A DNA stretch of 64,000 nucleotides from Bacteroidaceae bacterium (GTDB lineage: Bacteria; Bacteroidota; Bacteroidia; Bacteroidales; Bacteroidaceae): the NCBI GenBank assembly GCA_017464345.1, contig JAFUAH010000004.1, forward strand, positions 1,269 to 65,268, written 5' to 3'. Shown here piece by piece: positions 62,677-64,000 of this stretch. Positions within the stretch are counted from its first letter, which is position 1. Every line of letters starts with the position of its first letter. Under the pieces are notes generated by a model. It searched no databases and had not been told where the DNA came from. It worked only from the letters and a program-made list of their open reading frames with translations. Made by a program: the position numbers and the translations under genes.

Positions 62677-63489
62677 CTAATATTTTACTATTAAATTATC
62701 AGTAATGAGCCCCAAAGCCTTCCAAAGAATAAGCATGGGCATCAATTCAAGGGTGCAAAGGTACGCAAAAAGATGGAATAAGCCATAGATTTTTTGGAAA
62801 AAGATTTTTAACGCCTTGTATGCTAGTAAAATTTTAACGCTTATTAAGATAAAAAGAAAAAATAGGAGTATTTTTTCGGCAGAAATATCCAAATAAATGG
62901 AAAAGACAGTCAAAGGAAAAATCAAAATGGATTCGACGGAAATGAGATAGGAATTGCTGTCATTCCATAATTTTTGTTGAGATTTCGGAAAAAAAATCCA
63001 GTTGATGAAGGCACTGAGTATGCGCTTCGCGGTGAAGTAGGCAACGAAGCAACCGACATAGGCAGCCAGCAACAGTTCCGGAGGGGTCTGGTAGGGTGGA
63101 ATATCGGTTCGTTGCATGAAGTAGGCCAGGGCCAGCAATCCGCACATGAGGCATAGCTGGAGGATGACGAGCAGGCGGGCCTGGTTCTCGAAACTGGTCT
63201 CGACGGCAAAGAGCCCGACGCGTTCCTTGGGTGCAATGAAGAAGTCGTGGGTCTGCTGAGCCAACTGATGTCGCGTCTGATTGACGACATAGGCCAGAAT
63301 GAGCAAGCAGAAGAGCAGGGTGGCAGTGGCCAGGTCGCCGTTGCGCAACTGGTAGGGCACCGGCATGGCACTCTGCCCCCAGGTGCGGTAGGGCAGTTCG
63401 GGGTGGAGCAGTGGGTTGCCGTTGAAGAAGCCGGAAAGCCCATGGGGCTCTGTGGCTTCAGATTTTGGCAAAGCGTCGTATGCTTTCAT
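62677..63489 (-). CDS. DUF4271-like polytopic membrane protein
   Basis: Multiple TM helices. I chose the ATG at 63489 because the longer ORF (to 63630) overlaps the LOG gene extensively. Confidence 0.6.
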   Translation of the reverse strand: MKAYDALPKSEATEPHGLSGFFNGNPLLHPELPYRTWGQSAMPVPYQLRNGDLATATLLFCLLILAYVVNQTRHQLAQQTHDFFIAPKERVGLFAVETSFENQARLLVILQLCLMCGLLALAYFMQRTDIPPYQTPPELLLAAYVGCFVAYFTAKRILSAFINWIFFPKSQQKLWNDSNSYLISVESILIFPLTVFSIYLDISAEKILLFFLFILISVKILLAYKALKIFFQKIYGLFHLFAYLCTLELMPMLILWKALGLITDNLIVKY

Positions 63490-64000
63490 CGATGAGGGGG
63501 GTGGTGAAGACGAGGTCGATGGCCTCCTGGGCTGTCTGGGCCACGCGCCAGATGTCGGCATGGGCGCGGCGCATGAAGTTCTCCTCGATGGAGTGTTCGA
63601 GGTGGCGGAGCAGATGGTCGTAGTAGCCATCGACGTTGAGCACGACGATGGGTTTCAGATAGACGCCCAGTTGCTTGAGGGTGACAATCTCGAAGAATTC
63701 GTCCAGCGTGCCGCATCCGCCGGGCAGGATGATGGCGGCATCGCTGATGTCATTGATGGTCTGCTTGCGCGACTCCATGTCTGCGGTCTCGATGAGCTGG
63801 GTGAGGCCCGTGTGGTGCCAGTTCTGGGCTATCATGAAGGAGGGTATGACGCCGACAACCCGTCCGCCGGCGGCGAGTGCGGCATCCGATGCGGCCTGCA
63901 TCAGGCCCATGTTGCCGGCACCATTGACCTGCGTGACGCCGCGCTCGGCCAGTCCCCGGCCGAGTGCGCGGGCCACCTCGTAGTAGATGGGTTTTATCTT
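63458..64000 (-). CDS. LOG-family (TIGR00730) nucleotide phosphoribohydrolase, 5' end outside window
   Basis: Motifs are GAGNMGLMQ and PGGCGTLDEFFE. The frame stays open to the window edge. Confidence 0.8.
   Translation of the reverse strand, partial: KIKPIYYEVARALGRGLAERGVTQVNGAGNMGLMQAASDAALAAGGRVVGVIPSFMIAQNWHHTGLTQLIETADMESRKQTINDISDAAIILPGGCGTLDEFFEIVTLKQLGVYLKPIVVLNVDGYYDHLLRHLEHSIEENFMRRAHADIWRVAQTAQEAIDLVFTTPLIDESIRRFAKI

Noticed and set aside
1-64000. tRNA, rRNA, tmRNA and RNase P RNA genes
   Set aside because: I scanned the intergenic regions by eye for T-arm (GGTTCGAATCC-like) and other conserved cores. The only near matches lie inside coding sequence. A tRNAscan/Infernal run would be needed to be certain.

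Overview
The window reads as a Bacteroidales-type chromosome segment. This is an inference from TAnnTTTG -7 promoter boxes just upstream of many starts, the absence of Shine-Dalgarno sequences, and Bacteroidetes-typical DUF families and a BACON domain. I found no rRNA, tRNA or CRISPR array by eye.

**Layout**
- 1-3520: edge of an integrated mobile element (DUF3990/DUF3791 pair, DUF4248, VirE-type primase/helicase, small XRE HTH).
- 3341-10470: a visibly AT-richer four-gene restriction-modification-like cassette bracketed by 178-bp direct repeats. It encodes a DUF6471-like HTH, a PglX-like m6A methyltransferase, an Eco57I-like m6A methyltransferase, and a single-HKD PLD nuclease with an unassigned C-terminal domain.
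- 10600-18400: housekeeping and accessory genes (cupin, Crp/Fnr, membrane protein plus HTH_34 regulator carrying a perfect 117-bp internal duplication, PafA-like phosphatase, fucose-isomerase-like protein, HhH/beta-barrel protein).
- 18413-28751: a tightly packed ten-gene minus-strand operon with four FHA proteins, two PP2C phosphatases, two Hanks kinases, an FHA-FHA-TM-trypsin protease, a secreted protein and a BACON lipoprotein. It is preceded by a long, possibly structured leader. This is my best candidate for an undescribed system.
- 30600-50900: core metabolism and envelope genes (radical SAM, trkH, nadB, OMP and lipoprotein paralogs, PBP4, HAD-thioesterase fusion, cysK, LuxR-like regulator, metY, Kef-type antiporter, nadA, SpoU methylase, ddh, pepC).
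- 50943-60481: an AT-richer type I R-M operon (hsdM, AlbA_2 regulator, hsdS, Bro-N/Fic, hsdR, YgjP-like peptidase). The Fic gene is bracketed by a 76-bp duplication of the hsdR 5' end.
- 60529-64000: tatD, yidD, rnpA, hemD-like, DUF4271 and a LOG-family gene that runs off the window.

**Limits**
All family names come from motif recognition by eye. No database search was run.
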